Assembly (NCBI GenBank): GCA_012295275.1
Contig: CM022667.1
Location: 9,300,001-9,364,000 of the forward strand
From: Chrysomallon squamiferum
Lineage: Eukaryota > Animalia > Mollusca
Direction: 5' to 3'
Length of the DNA: 64,000 nucleotides
In this document: positions 1-28,351 of the stretch, piece by piece
Layout: every line of letters begins with the position of its first letter
How positions within the stretch are numbered: the first letter of the stretch is position 1
The notes under the pieces: model-generated
The model's input: only the letters and a program-made list of their open reading frames with translations
Database searches by the model: none
Told to the model about the DNA's origin: nothing
Position numbers and translations under genes: made by a program

Positions 1-26
1 TAAATAAATAAATAAATACAAATACA

Positions 27-90
<64 letters not shown>

Positions 91-1129
91 TAAATAAATA
101 AATCAAAATCAATAAGAAATAATATCTCCATTCGTCTTCTTTTTCTTTGGCAGAGTTACCTCGCTTGGTAATTAGAAATATAAATGTTTCTAAATATCTC
201 AGTCGCCAAACAAAAAACTCGATGATTTAAAAGTGGAAAAGCATATTCTCAAAATTCAAATATTTATTGATCTTTTTCAAGTCTATGTACATTGAATATA
301 ATTGCGATGAGAATCAATAAATGCAAATTTTTAGATAATAATAAGTGTGTAAACAATTATGTTAGTGTACTTGAATTCCGCCCAAGTTGTTAATTCTTTC
401 GCACTTTGAAGAAAGAAAATACCAGCCATGATCCCCTAGAAAACTACAAACTAAAATTCTTCATAACAAATAAATCTACGTCACTTTACACTTACTACTA
501 GACCTATTAACAATAATAATAATGTTGTTGACGATGACGACGATAATAATAATAATAATAATAACAAGAAGAAGAAGAAGAACAACAACAACAACAGCAA
601 AAGCAACAGCAACAACAACAACAACAAAAACCCTTCAGTGTGTACTTTTCTATTAATAAGTATTCGTAAAAACTATAAGATAAAAATTAAGTGTAATAAC
701 TTCGTGTTTTCCACTTTTCTTTCTTTCTTTTTTAATTATTTTTACAATTATTCTATTTTTTTTTTTTCTTCTTCTTTTTCGGACTACTTCAAACATTTTT
801 TTAAATCTTAACCATTTAACGATAAAACAAACCTAACTTACAATAAACTAAGATAAATGAAAACTGTTTTCCGCCATGTCTCTTTCGTTAGTAAATTCCT
901 CCTGTTAGTCCAAAGCATCTCAGACATCTCCGTTCTGTTATAGACACAACCGAAAACGAGGACCTCTTAGTAAAAATAAAATAAAACAAAACAAAATATA
1001 ATAAAATAAAATAGATGAAATAATGGTTAAAAAATAAAATGTTTCAAGGATGCAATAAAGGTTTGCTTGTGTAGGTCTGATTATTATGACGATAAAAATA
1101 TTTGTTGTTACAACATTTAATTTTTTCTT

Positions 1130-15310
<14,181 letters not shown>

Positions 15311-15469
15311 CGTGAGAAATCTCACATTTTAGTCGCCTCGTTATCACTTTCTGCAAACGAAACGTTAATTAAAGGTGTATTCATAAATGATTTCCGTTGT
15401 GACGCGTTAATCGCATATTTTGAATATTAGTAACAGGTCATACTAGTGCAAATATAATTAAATAACTAT

Positions 15470-15950
15470 AGATGTACGTATGTATGTACGTACGTACGTA
15501 CGTACGTATGTATGAATGTATGTATGTGCATATGTATGCATGTATGTATTGTTTATATGTATGTATTGGTGTATGGATATATGTATGTACTGATGTATGA
15601 TTTATGTATGTATTGATGTATGTATGTATGTATGTATGTATGTATGTACATGTGTGTGTATGTATGTATGTATGTATGTATGCATATATGTGTATATGCA
15701 TATCTATGAATGTATGTATGTGTATATGTATGCATGTATGTATTGTTTGTATGTACGTATTGATGTATGTATGTATGTATGTATGTATGCATGTGTGTGT
15801 ATATGCATGCATGGATATATATATATGTGCATATGTCTGCATGTATATACGTATATATTTATATAATTTTATATATTATTGTGTATGTTGTATGTGTGTA
15901 TATGTATGTATATGTATGTTTATGTATATGTATGCACGTGTACGTATGTT
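15470..15950. repeat. Degenerate (TATG)n repeat
   Basis: Direct reading. Confidence 0.93.
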
Positions 15951-16148
15951 CAAAAGTGGATTTGTGCATGTATATGAATATGTATTCAAATACCTGCTAG
16001 TATATGAAGGCTGACTGTATATGCAAGGTAGCTACACCTTACTATTGTTGTTGTTATTGTTATTCTTGCTGTTGTTATACTTGTTACTGTTACAAACACG
16101 CTGTGTTTTGTCAAAAACTGAACCACTGTGACGTCTAATGTTACTTAC

Positions 16149-16400
16149 CTCGTGTTTGTTATCATCCACTAAACCGTTTCGTTCTGTTGTAAAACCCTGC
16201 AGACAGACTGTCCTACATAAATTTCTACAGATTTTAAAACGGACGTCCAACGCGACAAACCGTTGTAATTACAGCTGTAACGCTTTCCTTGTTAACAAAA
16301 TCTGTTACCAAAAACTCAGCGATAGTTGAATCGCGCGCAAAATCCGCAGGTAAACTAAATTCGATTAATTTCGCAAGTGTCACTACCTTGATGAATGATC
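16149..16400 (-). other. Probable non-coding 5' UTR exon of the formin (5' end approximate)
   Basis: Consensus donor GAG|GTAAGT at 16149/16148 in a CpG-containing unique island; coding exon 1 has an acceptor that needs an upstream exon. Confidence 0.55.
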
Positions 16401-16413
16401 TAACATGACTGAT

Positions 16414-16423
16414 GTCACGTGAC
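16414..16423. promoter_or_regulatory. Perfect GTCACGTGAC E-box palindrome (USF/TFEB CLEAR-type) in the putative formin promoter
   Basis: Exact 10-bp palindrome just upstream of the presumed first exon. Confidence 0.45.
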
Positions 16424-17670
16424 CAAACTGACATTCGATCTGCAAAGGAGGAAGTTTTCTATGCTCTGTGAACAAAGAAGTAGGGCAAAAGTTGTTAGAA
16501 ATAATAGTCATAACGAAATGCTTATTACTAATTTAAACAACACACCTGCTTAGGTAAATAAACACTGGTAAAAACCTATCATCGTGACAGTTAACAGAAG
16601 CAGACGATATATTATCAGTACAATAAACAGTTTAATATATAATAAACATGGCAATAACAATGACAATGATAATATCATATTCTCTAAATGTGCGTTTTAT
16701 ATCTACTTACCATTTTTATTTTATTATTTGATATACGTTTGCTTCGATATTATGGGGGTTTTTTTAATCTTCTTTTATTTTTTTTTTTAATTTTTTTTTT
16801 AGACTGCTTACTTGAGTTGATAGATTATTGCAAACCATGGTTTATTGTAAGAAACATGACTAGCATTTATGAAATACAAAAGACAAAGAAACTTAGTCAT
16901 GTAGGTGATGTCACAATTTAATATAAAGTATTTAATATACGACACTGTCACATTTAGAGATGTCAGAAATACGATTTATTACTGTTACTCTATGTACTGT
17001 GTCTGAGTTATTTGTTTATGATTGTTTTATAATGCACATGAAAACTGTGTGTGTGTAGTACAATTAGTTAGTTTATGAACCAAACACGATAAAATTACAT
17101 GTGTAAACAAAGTCGAATACCAAACGGCAAATAATACATAACCGAAAGGTAAATATATTACAACACGCATTCAGAGTCACACCTTTATGGCGCTAACACT
17201 ATCACGTGTAATACCAGCTTATGATGTATGTAACTATCTATTACAAGTAAAGGCAGATAAAACAGAAACGTTTCTCCAGCCTGACGTTGTTATCTCTGTC
17301 AACAAATACCTCGCTCGCTGTCTACCTTCCCAGAGACAGCACAAAAGTGACTTATGTGACGTAAGCTGCAGTGCGCGCCCTTCCAAGAGAGAAACAAAAG
17401 AATTCTGTATTTAGACGTATGTATGACGTGTTGGAGGTTGAGGCAGTTTGTGAAAACAGGCGCGTATGTTGTTTGTTAGTTCACCGTGTAAAGAGAACTG
17501 CCTCTTCCAGTGTGTCTGGTTCAGTAGTTCTCCTTTGTTCAGTTTCTATCAACAGAGGAAAAAAATAAAAAGCGGATTTAGGATGGGTACACACTATTGT
17601 TATTTGTATTACTGTTATTGTTGTTATTATCGTCGTCATCGTGTTATTATTATTATTGTTATTATTATTA

Positions 17671-17715
<45 letters not shown>

Positions 17716-18618
17716 TTATTATATTATTTATTTATTTTCTGTTGTTCCTCTTCTTGTTTGTTTGTTTCTGTATTTATTCATTTATTTCTTTCTTCTTTTG
17801 CCTTCCTATTTATTTAAAATATTACCTCATTTCGTCTTGAAACCTAATCTTCAGTACAAAAGCACACATTCAATAACACGAAACAAACATCGTGACAGAC
17901 TGACAACTTTAAATAGATCAGATTTGTGCTATTTTGTTTTTTTTTCTCATATCACTGTCCTGTATTCGGATACACTCGGTCAGTCCTTTAAAGGAACATT
18001 TATTAAAGCAATTTATTTTGCCTTTTCTCTGAAAGGGCTGAAATGATGTTTTGAGAATGTGATCAAAAGAGAGAGAGGTTTTCTCGTTCAAACGTAAAAA
18101 ATGAGTTCTCAGAGTCGGTGAAGCTTTCTTCCTTGTTTCATTTCGAGGTCAAAATTTCGATTTTAAAATAAATAAAGTAAGAAAGAAGTAAATAAATAAA
18201 TAAATAAAATTAGCAAATATTTAGGTGAAATAGTAACTTTCACAGTAGTAATATATTTAATTTATTATATACTAAACCTTCATACATACATACACATATA
18301 CATAAATGCATACATACACATATGCACACACATACACATCTCTTTACATACATACAACACGCACACAAACATTCACACATACATATATAGGTACGTACAT
18401 ATATAATACTTATGCGTTCACACACACACACAATTATAAAATATACAAAACACGCATATAAATAAAAACGTGTTCACTTATCTAAGTGGATTTACATCTT
18501 TTAATAATAGGAATTTATTTTCTTTTTTCTTTCTTTCTTTTTTTTTTTTTTTTAACCGTACTTACAGATCAGTATATTTTCTTCCAATAATAATTAAAAA
18601 AATAAAATCAAAAATCAA

Positions 18619-18653
<35 letters not shown>

Positions 18654-19512
18654 ATAGATAAATAAATATTAAAAATCATATAAAAATTTCAGATACGTGC
18701 TACATCATCTGAGCCCGGATCGATGATGTAAACGTAAGTTTCAGGTGAAGACAAAAAAAAAAAAAGAAAAAAAAAAAGAAAAGCAAAAATAATTTATTTT
18801 TACGTATAACTTTTCTCGCGTGGACTTAAATCCCACACAGAGTAGAATCGCTCCACTGGTTTTTGACGTAACGCTGTATGTGGAGTTTTCAGAGTAAATG
18901 TGTCATGTAAACGTGTCAGAGGTTACCAGTCTTTGCACTGACCCGCGGGAGCCAAACACTCGTAACATTACACGACAGCTGACTAATCACTGTTACCTGC
19001 GCTCGTAACTGACTGACAGTCGTAAATCGCGTTATCACCTGAATTTACAGCTAGCTGTGCTTGTGTGTAGGTGTGTGTGTGTGCAGCTGTGTGTGTGTGT
19101 GTTACTACATATGCGACAACAGCTGTTGTAGAAGTAGCAGCTGCAACAGTGGCATGCGTGTGTGTGTATTATATATATGTGTGTATGTGTTTATATCTAT
19201 TTAAGTGTGTGCCTCTCTCTATGTATTAATAAGCTGATAATATTGTCAGCTGCTTCAAATATTACTATTATTGCTGTTATTACCACTACTGATACTACTA
19301 TTAGTACTACTACTACTACTATAATTACTACCCTTTATATCAGGAACCTATTGTTATTGCAGGAACTTCTGCTACTACTACTACTACTACTATTATTATA
19401 ACTTTTTCTACTGCTACTTCTACTACTAGTATCACTACGACTACTACTACTACCACGACTATCAGTGCAAGGCATGTACATGGCTAAATGGAGATGCAGA
19501 ATAAATAAAATA

Positions 19513-19543
<31 letters not shown>

Positions 19544-19811
19544 ATTATACTGTACGTTTCGAGTAGCGGTTCCTAACAGCGTTACGTCATTAGAAATATG
19601 TGACGTCATTTTATTGTTAAAGCAAAAAGAAATTTGATGTTCTTTATTTTGTTTAGGGCGAAAAGGAAGGTAAGTTTATTTTGATTTGTTTATTAATTTT
19701 ATTTGTTTCTTTGTAGCTTTTATTATTATTTTTAAATTTATTTTGTGAGGGTTTGTTTGTACTTAATAATGTTAATGTGATATGTGTGGGTGCGTATGGT
19801 TTATCTATGAC

Positions 19812-19850
<39 letters not shown>

Positions 19851-19929
19851 TTAATTTAATTTAATTTAATTTAGTTAATGCATTTAGGTGTGAAACATTA
19901 TATGAAGATGTCTGTATAAAAGCCCCACC

Positions 19930-20058
<129 letters not shown>

Positions 20059-20887
20059 AAAGATCTTTCACATGTGCTAATTAATATAGGAGAGATAAAA
20101 TTCATTGATACTTAATGGTACAAAATTACAGTGTGCATTACACGGAGTTAAGTAAGTTAATAAACAGGTTTACAACTTAAATTAACATTCGCTGTGCACG
20201 TGACTGTGAACATGTGATACCAATGCGTTTTCTCTTCGTTGACAGAGATATTACGCGTGTTTACGTTAATCGTAAAACTGACAAATCGATCGTAATAAGG
20301 TTGCGTTAATCGTAAAACTGTTGCCGAATGTGACAAGACGATCGTAATAACGTAACACGCTGGATTATATTTGTACATATCCGATTTATTTCCTGTGTTT
20401 GCATCTTGTATATAAATCATAAATATAATATAGTAATTGTCTAGTAAGAGAATAAAATTAATTAGAAAACAAAATATATTCTGAATGGGGTTCTCTCCCC
20501 CCACACACTGGTATTTTACTGATAGTTGTTATAATTTATAATATCACTTGAAATATACACTGTGTCAATTCGTGATTTCTGGGCTGGATTGGGAAATTTA
20601 TAGCATGAATTTATAATATATGAGCTAACTGATGTGAAGAAAAGAATTATGTCAAAGGCAGGTAATCAAGAACGTTCGAGTTATCTATCACGGGCAGATA
20701 ATCCAAAATTTCAAATTGTGTCTTGGACAGATAATCAAGTTGTCTGCCTTGAAAAAAAAAAAAATAAAATTAAAAAAAATCGTTAAGAGATTAGTTTCCA
20801 CAATGCTTTCGTTTATATGTGATGAAGAGCTGAAAACAGCCGAGAACAGCCGAGAACAGCCGAATGGACACGATATGTTACGAACGG

Positions 20888-21919
20888 TCACTTCGATATG
20901 GTTCCGAATCGCCTCTCCCTTTCCGAACTGCGCGAGACCACGGACGACATCCTCCGCCTCCAGGAGCCCGTGAGATAGTACAGCGTGCGCCTGAACCTCC
21001 TGCCCAGCATGCAGTAAAATATGAAATTGGCTGCCGAGTTGAGCACCCTGGCGATCTCGCTCACGAACTCTATAACGATGCGCGTGCTGGCGACGCACGT
21101 CTTCTTGCACAGCGTGTCCTCGAACGCCGGCAGCGGGTACGCGAGGAAGAACACGGCGGTGACGGCGATCACCGGGAACGTCAGTCGCCGCCCGCTGTCC
21201 ACGACGGCCCTCGACCGGCAGTTCGTGCGCACCAGCTTGATTTTCGTGACCGACTGCAACAGCAGCATGTTGAACACGACCATCAGCAGCCACGGCAGCA
21301 CGTACGTGAACGCCAGCTGGATGTACACGCGGTACACGCGCTTGTAGCCGAAGCTGCGGCCGAAGTCCGTGTAGTAGTCGCGCTGCGTGCTGTCGCGCGA
21401 GAAGTCGTAGGCGACGAAGTGGGGGACGTTGAAGAGGAGGCAGTAGACCAGCACGACGAGCGAAATCCGTCGCGCGGCCGTCATGGAGAATATGATCCTC
21501 GACTTGAGCGGCTTCGTGACGGCCACGTACCTCTCCAACGTCACGATCAACGTCATAAAAATGGTGCCGCTCTGGGCGATGTAGTTCACCGGGTAGAAGA
21601 GGACGATCTGTAGAGTGATCATGGCGGCGGATCGCTCCGCGCGCGACAGCGCCACGAAGCACTTGAACATCGCGACGAAGAGGATGACGTTGTCGCACAG
21701 CGCCAGGATGACGAGGAAGTACGCCGTCGAGCACCACATCCTCTTGCGCTGGAGGACCACGACGGCCAGGGTGTTGCCGACGAATCCCAGAATGGCGACG
21801 ACGGCTCCGATGATGCGAAAGACGAAGGTGTGGCTGTCCACCCACTGCATGATCCTCGTGATGTCGCTGTGGGAGACGTTGCTGCTGAAAGGCTCGTCGT
21901 AGACGGTTCCGTTCTCCAT
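20888..21919 (-). CDS. Rhodopsin-like class A GPCR, FMRFamide/peptide-receptor-like, 343 aa, intronless CDS
   Basis: Seven hydrophobic segments; TM1 GFVGN, TM2 LALCD, TM3 ERYVAV..P, TM5 LP..L...N, TM7 NSAANFIFY; N-glycosylation sequons NGT and NVS; Kozak GCCATGG; strong GC3 bias. Confidence 0.95.
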   Translation of the reverse strand: MENGTVYDEPFSSNVSHSDITRIMQWVDSHTFVFRIIGAVVAILGFVGNTLAVVVLQRKRMWCSTAYFLVILALCDNVILFVAMFKCFVALSRAERSAAMITLQIVLFYPVNYIAQSGTIFMTLIVTLERYVAVTKPLKSRIIFSMTAARRISLVVLVYCLLFNVPHFVAYDFSRDSTQRDYYTDFGRSFGYKRVYRVYIQLAFTYVLPWLLMVVFNMLLLQSVTKIKLVRTNCRSRAVVDSGRRLTFPVIAVTAVFFLAYPLPAFEDTLCKKTCVASTRIVIEFVSEIARVLNSAANFIFYCMLGRRFRRTLYYLTGSWRRRMSSVVSRSSERERRFGTISK

Positions 21920-22043
21920 GGCGTTTAACGGGCGGAGTCTAGCGAGAGGCTGTTCTAGCAGTTCCGAGACCGCGGTGAAGATTTACTGAACATCTGCATT
22001 GATGTGTTGTGTGTCGATGTTTTTACTCGCTGGTTTCCAGTCT
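21920..22043 (-). other. GPCR 5' UTR part of the coding exon, containing a 14-codon uORF (21999-21955)
   Basis: Long pyrimidine tract then AACAG acceptor at 22044-22045; ATG CAG ATG ... TAG. Confidence 0.65.
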
Positions 22044-24382
22044 CTGTTAAAAAAAAGAAAAGAAAATGAATGAGTGAGTGAATGAATGAATGAACGAATG
22101 AATGAATAAAAAATTAATTAATTAATTAATAAGAATAAATAAATAAATAAGAATAAATAAATTAATTAATTAATTAATATAAGTAAATAAGTAAGTACGT
22201 AAGTAACTACAAATAAATATAAATAAACAAATAAAGTAATAAATAAAGTAATAAATAAAGTAATAGTGAGAAAGAAACGTGAATTTATAATTATCTGTTT
22301 AAACACACAAACAAATGATTTTCGGAATGTCAGCTTAAATTAACAGGCATTAAGAACACAAGACATAATAGCAGTAATAGTAACTCTAATTTACTAAACT
22401 TAGTAGTAATAGTAGTGGTAGTAGTAGTAGTAGTAGTAGCGGTGATAGTGGTAGTGGTAGTAATAGTAGTAGTAGTCGTAATAATAATGATTGTTTTATA
22501 ATAATAACAGAGGAAGAGAAGATGAAGAAGAATTAAGAGAAATTAAAAGTACGGGTATTTATGTACGTATTCTATTTTGGTCTTTAATATTCCGCTTTTG
22601 TGCAAAATCGTGACCAGACTGATTGGAATGTTTCTTTTGTCACGTGTCTATTCTCTGACAAAATCCGTCGAGACTGTTTCCTGAACTTACCAGAAACTTC
22701 TACTGGAAAGAACGTACATACCTACACACCTTATTACGTACATACAGACATTCGTAAATACATACATACACAAATACATACAGAGAGACATCAGCAAAAA
22801 ACAAACAAAAAAAACCAACAAATTATATATGAGACATAATGATGAGTAAGAAAAAGAAACAAGAAATACACGGAAAATTACCGAATAAATAAAAAAAATA
22901 AATAAAATAAACACTGATATACGCAGACCTATTTGTATGTGTATGATGCAATGCAGCCAGTTTAGAGAAATACTGTTATTAACGTGACAGTCGATACGTT
23001 ACAAAACAGTGGTTAGGTCATCAATTTGTTAAAAGATAAAAAAAAAAAAAAAAATACATTTGACAGTCAGCTTGAAGCAAGCAAATAAATACATAGATAC
23101 ATACAAGAATAAATAACCAAATAAACAAATAAAGGAAGCAAGAAGCAAAGAAAGAAAGAACAAAGAACAAAGAAAGAAAGAACAAAGAAAGAAAGAACAA
23201 AGAAAGAAAGAAAGAAAGAAAGAAAAAACAGACAGACAAACAAACAAACAAACACATTAATAAAGAAAGAAACATTTTTAAAAAATAAATAAATTAAAAA
23301 AGGTTAACGTTCCTCTATCGTCGCATTATCAAATAAACAAATTTAATTTACTCACAGAAAGTTTTGCCTGTATTTGTTTCTATTCGTCTCCAGTTTATTG
23401 CAAGCTTGCATTTAACTGAAAACACAGAATATTTCTGCTCGGCTTTTGTACGCACTCGACAACGCCGTACACCTGTTTACAAAGTCATCACTCGACTAAA
23501 AGCTAACGTGATAAACTGGACAAATATTAATACAGTCGATATTACAGCATAAAAGAGCCGTCAGTTCCCTGCATGTTTGGAACAAAACTGTGAAAGCATT
23601 TCCAGAACCAAGTTGTTTTAAAGATTAATGAATTATGTATTTTGTTTATATATATATATGTGTGTGTGTGTATATGTATATTGATGTGTGTGTGTGTTTG
23701 TGTAGGTGTGTGTATGTGTAATATTATGTTTGTAGATAAGCAAGTATGTTTGGAGAATGTGTATGTATGCATGTGCGTGTTTGTTTATATATGTGTTTGT
23801 GGGTGTGCATAGGTGCGTCTGTGTGTATTATGTATGTATGTATGTATGATTAAGTGTATGTATTATATATATAGAAATGCTGTAATTTTATATTATTTTT
23901 TTTTAATTTAAAAAAAAAAAATTAATATATCATGAAAACATTTTATTATTTTTTCTTGTTATTGTTGTTGTTGTTATCATCATCATTACTATTATATTAT
24001 TACGTATTACATCATTTTATTCACAGTCGTATACATTAACGTATAAAATAAACTAAAGAAAAACAATACGACGGTAATAAATAACAGAAAAACACTGTCA
24101 AAATTACAGAAACCTCAACAACAACAACAACAGCAACACAAAGAAACAAAGACGAAAGAAAGGAAAAAGAAAAGAAAGAAACTGTTTCATCTCTCGATTT
24201 TTTCTTGTCTGTTTGACTTGAAAACAAAACAAAACAAAACAAAACAAAACAAAACAAAAACAAAAACGACACAAAACAAAACGACACGGTTGCGTTCAGC
24301 TTGGTTCGTGTCTAAGTCTTATGAAATTCTGGTACCGTTAGCGTTTTTATTGATTATTTTTTTATTTTCTTTTATTTCCTTT

Positions 24383-24413
<31 letters not shown>

Positions 24414-24936
24414 ATTTTTTTATTATTATTTTTTTTTTTTAGTTTTCATACTTTCATCATGTAAAAAACTAATATTTGTCAAGATAACAAGAAAAATCGG
24501 ATTCATAAAAAATATAATAATAATAATAATAATAACAATAACAACAATAACAATAATAATAATCACATAAATAAATAAATAAATCAATCAATAAATCAAT
24601 AAATCAATTAAATAATAATACTTTAAAAATAATTTAAAAACTGTTGCATTTCTGACACATTTATTAAAACACTAGTTTTTAATTCAGTGACGTTTCACTA
24701 AAGGCAAAACACGTTATGGTTTTTTTTTCTTTTGCCTGAAGACTTAATCTTGTAACGCATGATTGAATTATCAGTCCGCTCCGTTTGATCGATCAAAAAT
24801 ATAGAGGGAGAAGGTGTAGATGTATGGATGGATGGATGAATGAATGGATGACTTAAAAGCTGTACAGATGGAATAGCAAAAAGAATATATATGTATATAT
24901 ACGTATATATCCTTTGTGTGTGTGTGTGTGCGTGTG

Positions 24937-24968
<32 letters not shown>

Positions 24969-25685
24969 TATATGTATGTATGTGTGTGTGTATATATATA
25001 TATCTATGTTTGTATGCATGTGTGCCTGTTTTCGGTTTAAAAAACAAAAATATTTTCTTACTTAAGAGTGAACGTATGTAAAAATAATTGCACTAATTAT
25101 ATAAAAAACGCAAGTTAAGATTTACAATTATTTGTCTGTTTTTCTTCTGTCTGTTATTTCAGCTTAGATACCCTCACTGTACACAAGTAAAACAAACGCT
25201 GGCATTGAGAAATAAAAACAAAAACAAAGGAAGATACATCTCCTGCATGAGAAAATTTACCAATGAAAATCTCATCACTGTCTGTCCTGACATCAGTATT
25301 GATGTCGTCGGTGTTTCTTCTGTTAACCCCAATTTGCGAGACGTCGTCACATACAGAGAGAGAAAATAAAACAATCAACAGGAAAGTTGACACTTGTATT
25401 TATTTGTGTTTGGAATTACGGAGATCGATGCGTCACTTGTTAGTCCTGTACGAGACACTTTGACAGAAATCAGATCTTTTAATTACGGCTTTTCGAAATG
25501 TGATCTATTTCGACTACCAAAGGACGGCCATTTTTCCCTTTCCTGTACGTCTGTGCGTCTGTTGGCTCCAGATTTGTTCTATTTTTAGCTGATGGTTTAA
25601 TGATCTTTGAAGATCTGAAGTTTTCTGTCTGTCTGTCTGTTTTTGTTATAGAATGTCTCGAACGTTGTTTGACTGTCTTTCTCTT

Positions 25686-26290
<605 letters not shown>

Positions 26291-26708
26291 CCTTTAAGGT
26301 TTCATACCTCCCCTTTCTTATTTATCTAACATTATTCTTCACTTTTACATTTAGAATGTAACGTGTAATAATAACACATTCCATGTTTTGTCTCTACTCG
26401 TACAATACACGACATACCACGAAACAATATATTGATTACTATGTCAGTTTTTGTTCTTTCTTTTTCACATCGTTGTAGTAACTTTGGCGTAGCGTACGTA
26501 TTTACAAATCGCCTGACACTGGAAAACCCTGAGGAATGTTATTCGTTTCTGTTTATTTTATTTTCTGTTATTATGATGGTTTAGTGGGCGGGGAAGGGCT
26601 GTTTCAGTGACAGGTTAAATCGCTTTTCTTTTAAACGTTATTTGATTGTAGATATTTCGTCAAAATCCATATTGATTTCTCGCAAACGAAAGATGAAGGC
26701 ATCCACAT

Positions 26709-26755
<47 letters not shown>

Positions 26756-27464
26756 GTGTGTGTGTATTAACATATCTATCTATCTGTTATCTGTATATCT
26801 GTCTCTCTATCTATGTGTCTGTGCATCCATCCATCCATCGTTCATCCATCATCTATACATCTATCTAGTAGGAATGAAAACATATACATTTAAATAAGTT
26901 GCAAATAAATAAATAAATATATAATTAAAATAATAATAATAATAATAAGAAGAAGAAGAAGAACAACAACAACAACAACAACAAGAACAAGAACAAGAAC
27001 AAGAAGAACAACAACAACAACAACAAGAAGAACAAGAAGAAGAATGAAAAAATGAAAATGACAGTATTAGAATTTAATAAGCTATATTGCTCTTGATAGT
27101 TTACCTTATTCAATCGTTATAAAGGTGACTTATTAAGCAGGAAAAAAAAAATCAGTCATGTTTTGTGTCAATATCCGTAAATAGGAAGCTCGTCACTCTT
27201 CGGAATGATTCGGATAATGATAGGTTCTTTTAGTGACCCGACTAATACCTCGTCCGAAAAAATAACTTAAAACTCCAACTTTGAAAACATCACTTTGTGA
27301 ACGGATACAGACGAATAAGTGCGATAGATTTTGAAGGAAACGTGAATTTGTGTAAGTGTATACATTTGTAACAGCAGTCTAATTAGACATAATAGTATAG
27401 CCATGACATACATTCCTAACACGCACAGACACACACACACACAGAGATACACACACAGACACAA

Positions 27465-27495
<31 letters not shown>

Positions 27496-28124
27496 CACAA
27501 ACACACATATTTATCTATCTGCCTACATACATACACACACACATACATACATACATAAACAAATAATACATACATACAAACATATATACATAAATACACA
27601 CATTCATACATACAGACATTACAAACACATGCACACACACACACACACACACACGTACATTCATATTAGCGTCACTGTATTTTTCTTCGCTGGCCCATAA
27701 CGGGAGCAGTCTGTTACAAATTCGGTTGCTACTTTCACTTCATCAGCCGCTGGCTCGTTTCAAATCGCCAGAAATAAACTTGATTGATTGTTCATCGAAC
27801 GTTGTCGGGCTTCCGTTCATCCAGGAAAAAATGGCCGCCAGCAGTCGTCTGCTGAGGCTTCATTTCTCTTAAACACTTTTTCCTTTTCTCGACGTCGTCG
27901 TTCACGCTGCTGTTAACTCTTTGTGTCCTCTAGCGGCAGCGACGTTGATTGGAAAAAAAAAAAAAAAAAAAAAAAAGACAACGCTAAAATGTTTCAGCGA
28001 CTTCGTTGTGGTGGAAGAGAGGTACACGTGTAATTACGTTTATGGACTGAAAGGATTACGTCTGTGCTGGGGTTTTTTGTGTGTAATACATGTGTGTGAA
28101 TGTGTGTTTGTGTTTCTGAGAGCG

Positions 28125-28265
28125 TGAGAGAGAGAGAGAGAGAGAGAGAGACAGATAGACAGATAGACAGAAGAGAGACTGATATAGAGACAAACAAAGA
28201 GACAAAGATATAGAGACAAACAAAGAGACAAAGAGAGACAGAGACAGACAGACAGACAGAGAGAC

Positions 28266-28349
<84 letters not shown>
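28125..28349. repeat. Compound (AG)n/(ACAG)n repeat
   Basis: Direct reading. Confidence 0.95.

Positions 28350-28351
<2 letters not shown>

Noticed and set aside
20864-21613. 249-aa and 108-aa antisense ORFs over the GPCR
   Set aside because: Shadow ORFs expected from GC-rich codon usage
20688-21845. 385-aa overlapping ORF on the same strand as the GPCR
   Set aside because: It starts at GTG with no internal Met. The frame begins at GPCR codon position 3, so high GC3 removes stops. The product is Arg/His/Gly-rich with no domain.
25154-25393. 79-aa ORF resembling a signal peptide plus RR site (neuropeptide precursor next to the GPCR)
   Set aside because: The start is GTG, there are no repeated or amidated peptide motifs, and the hydrophobicity comes from a T-rich tract
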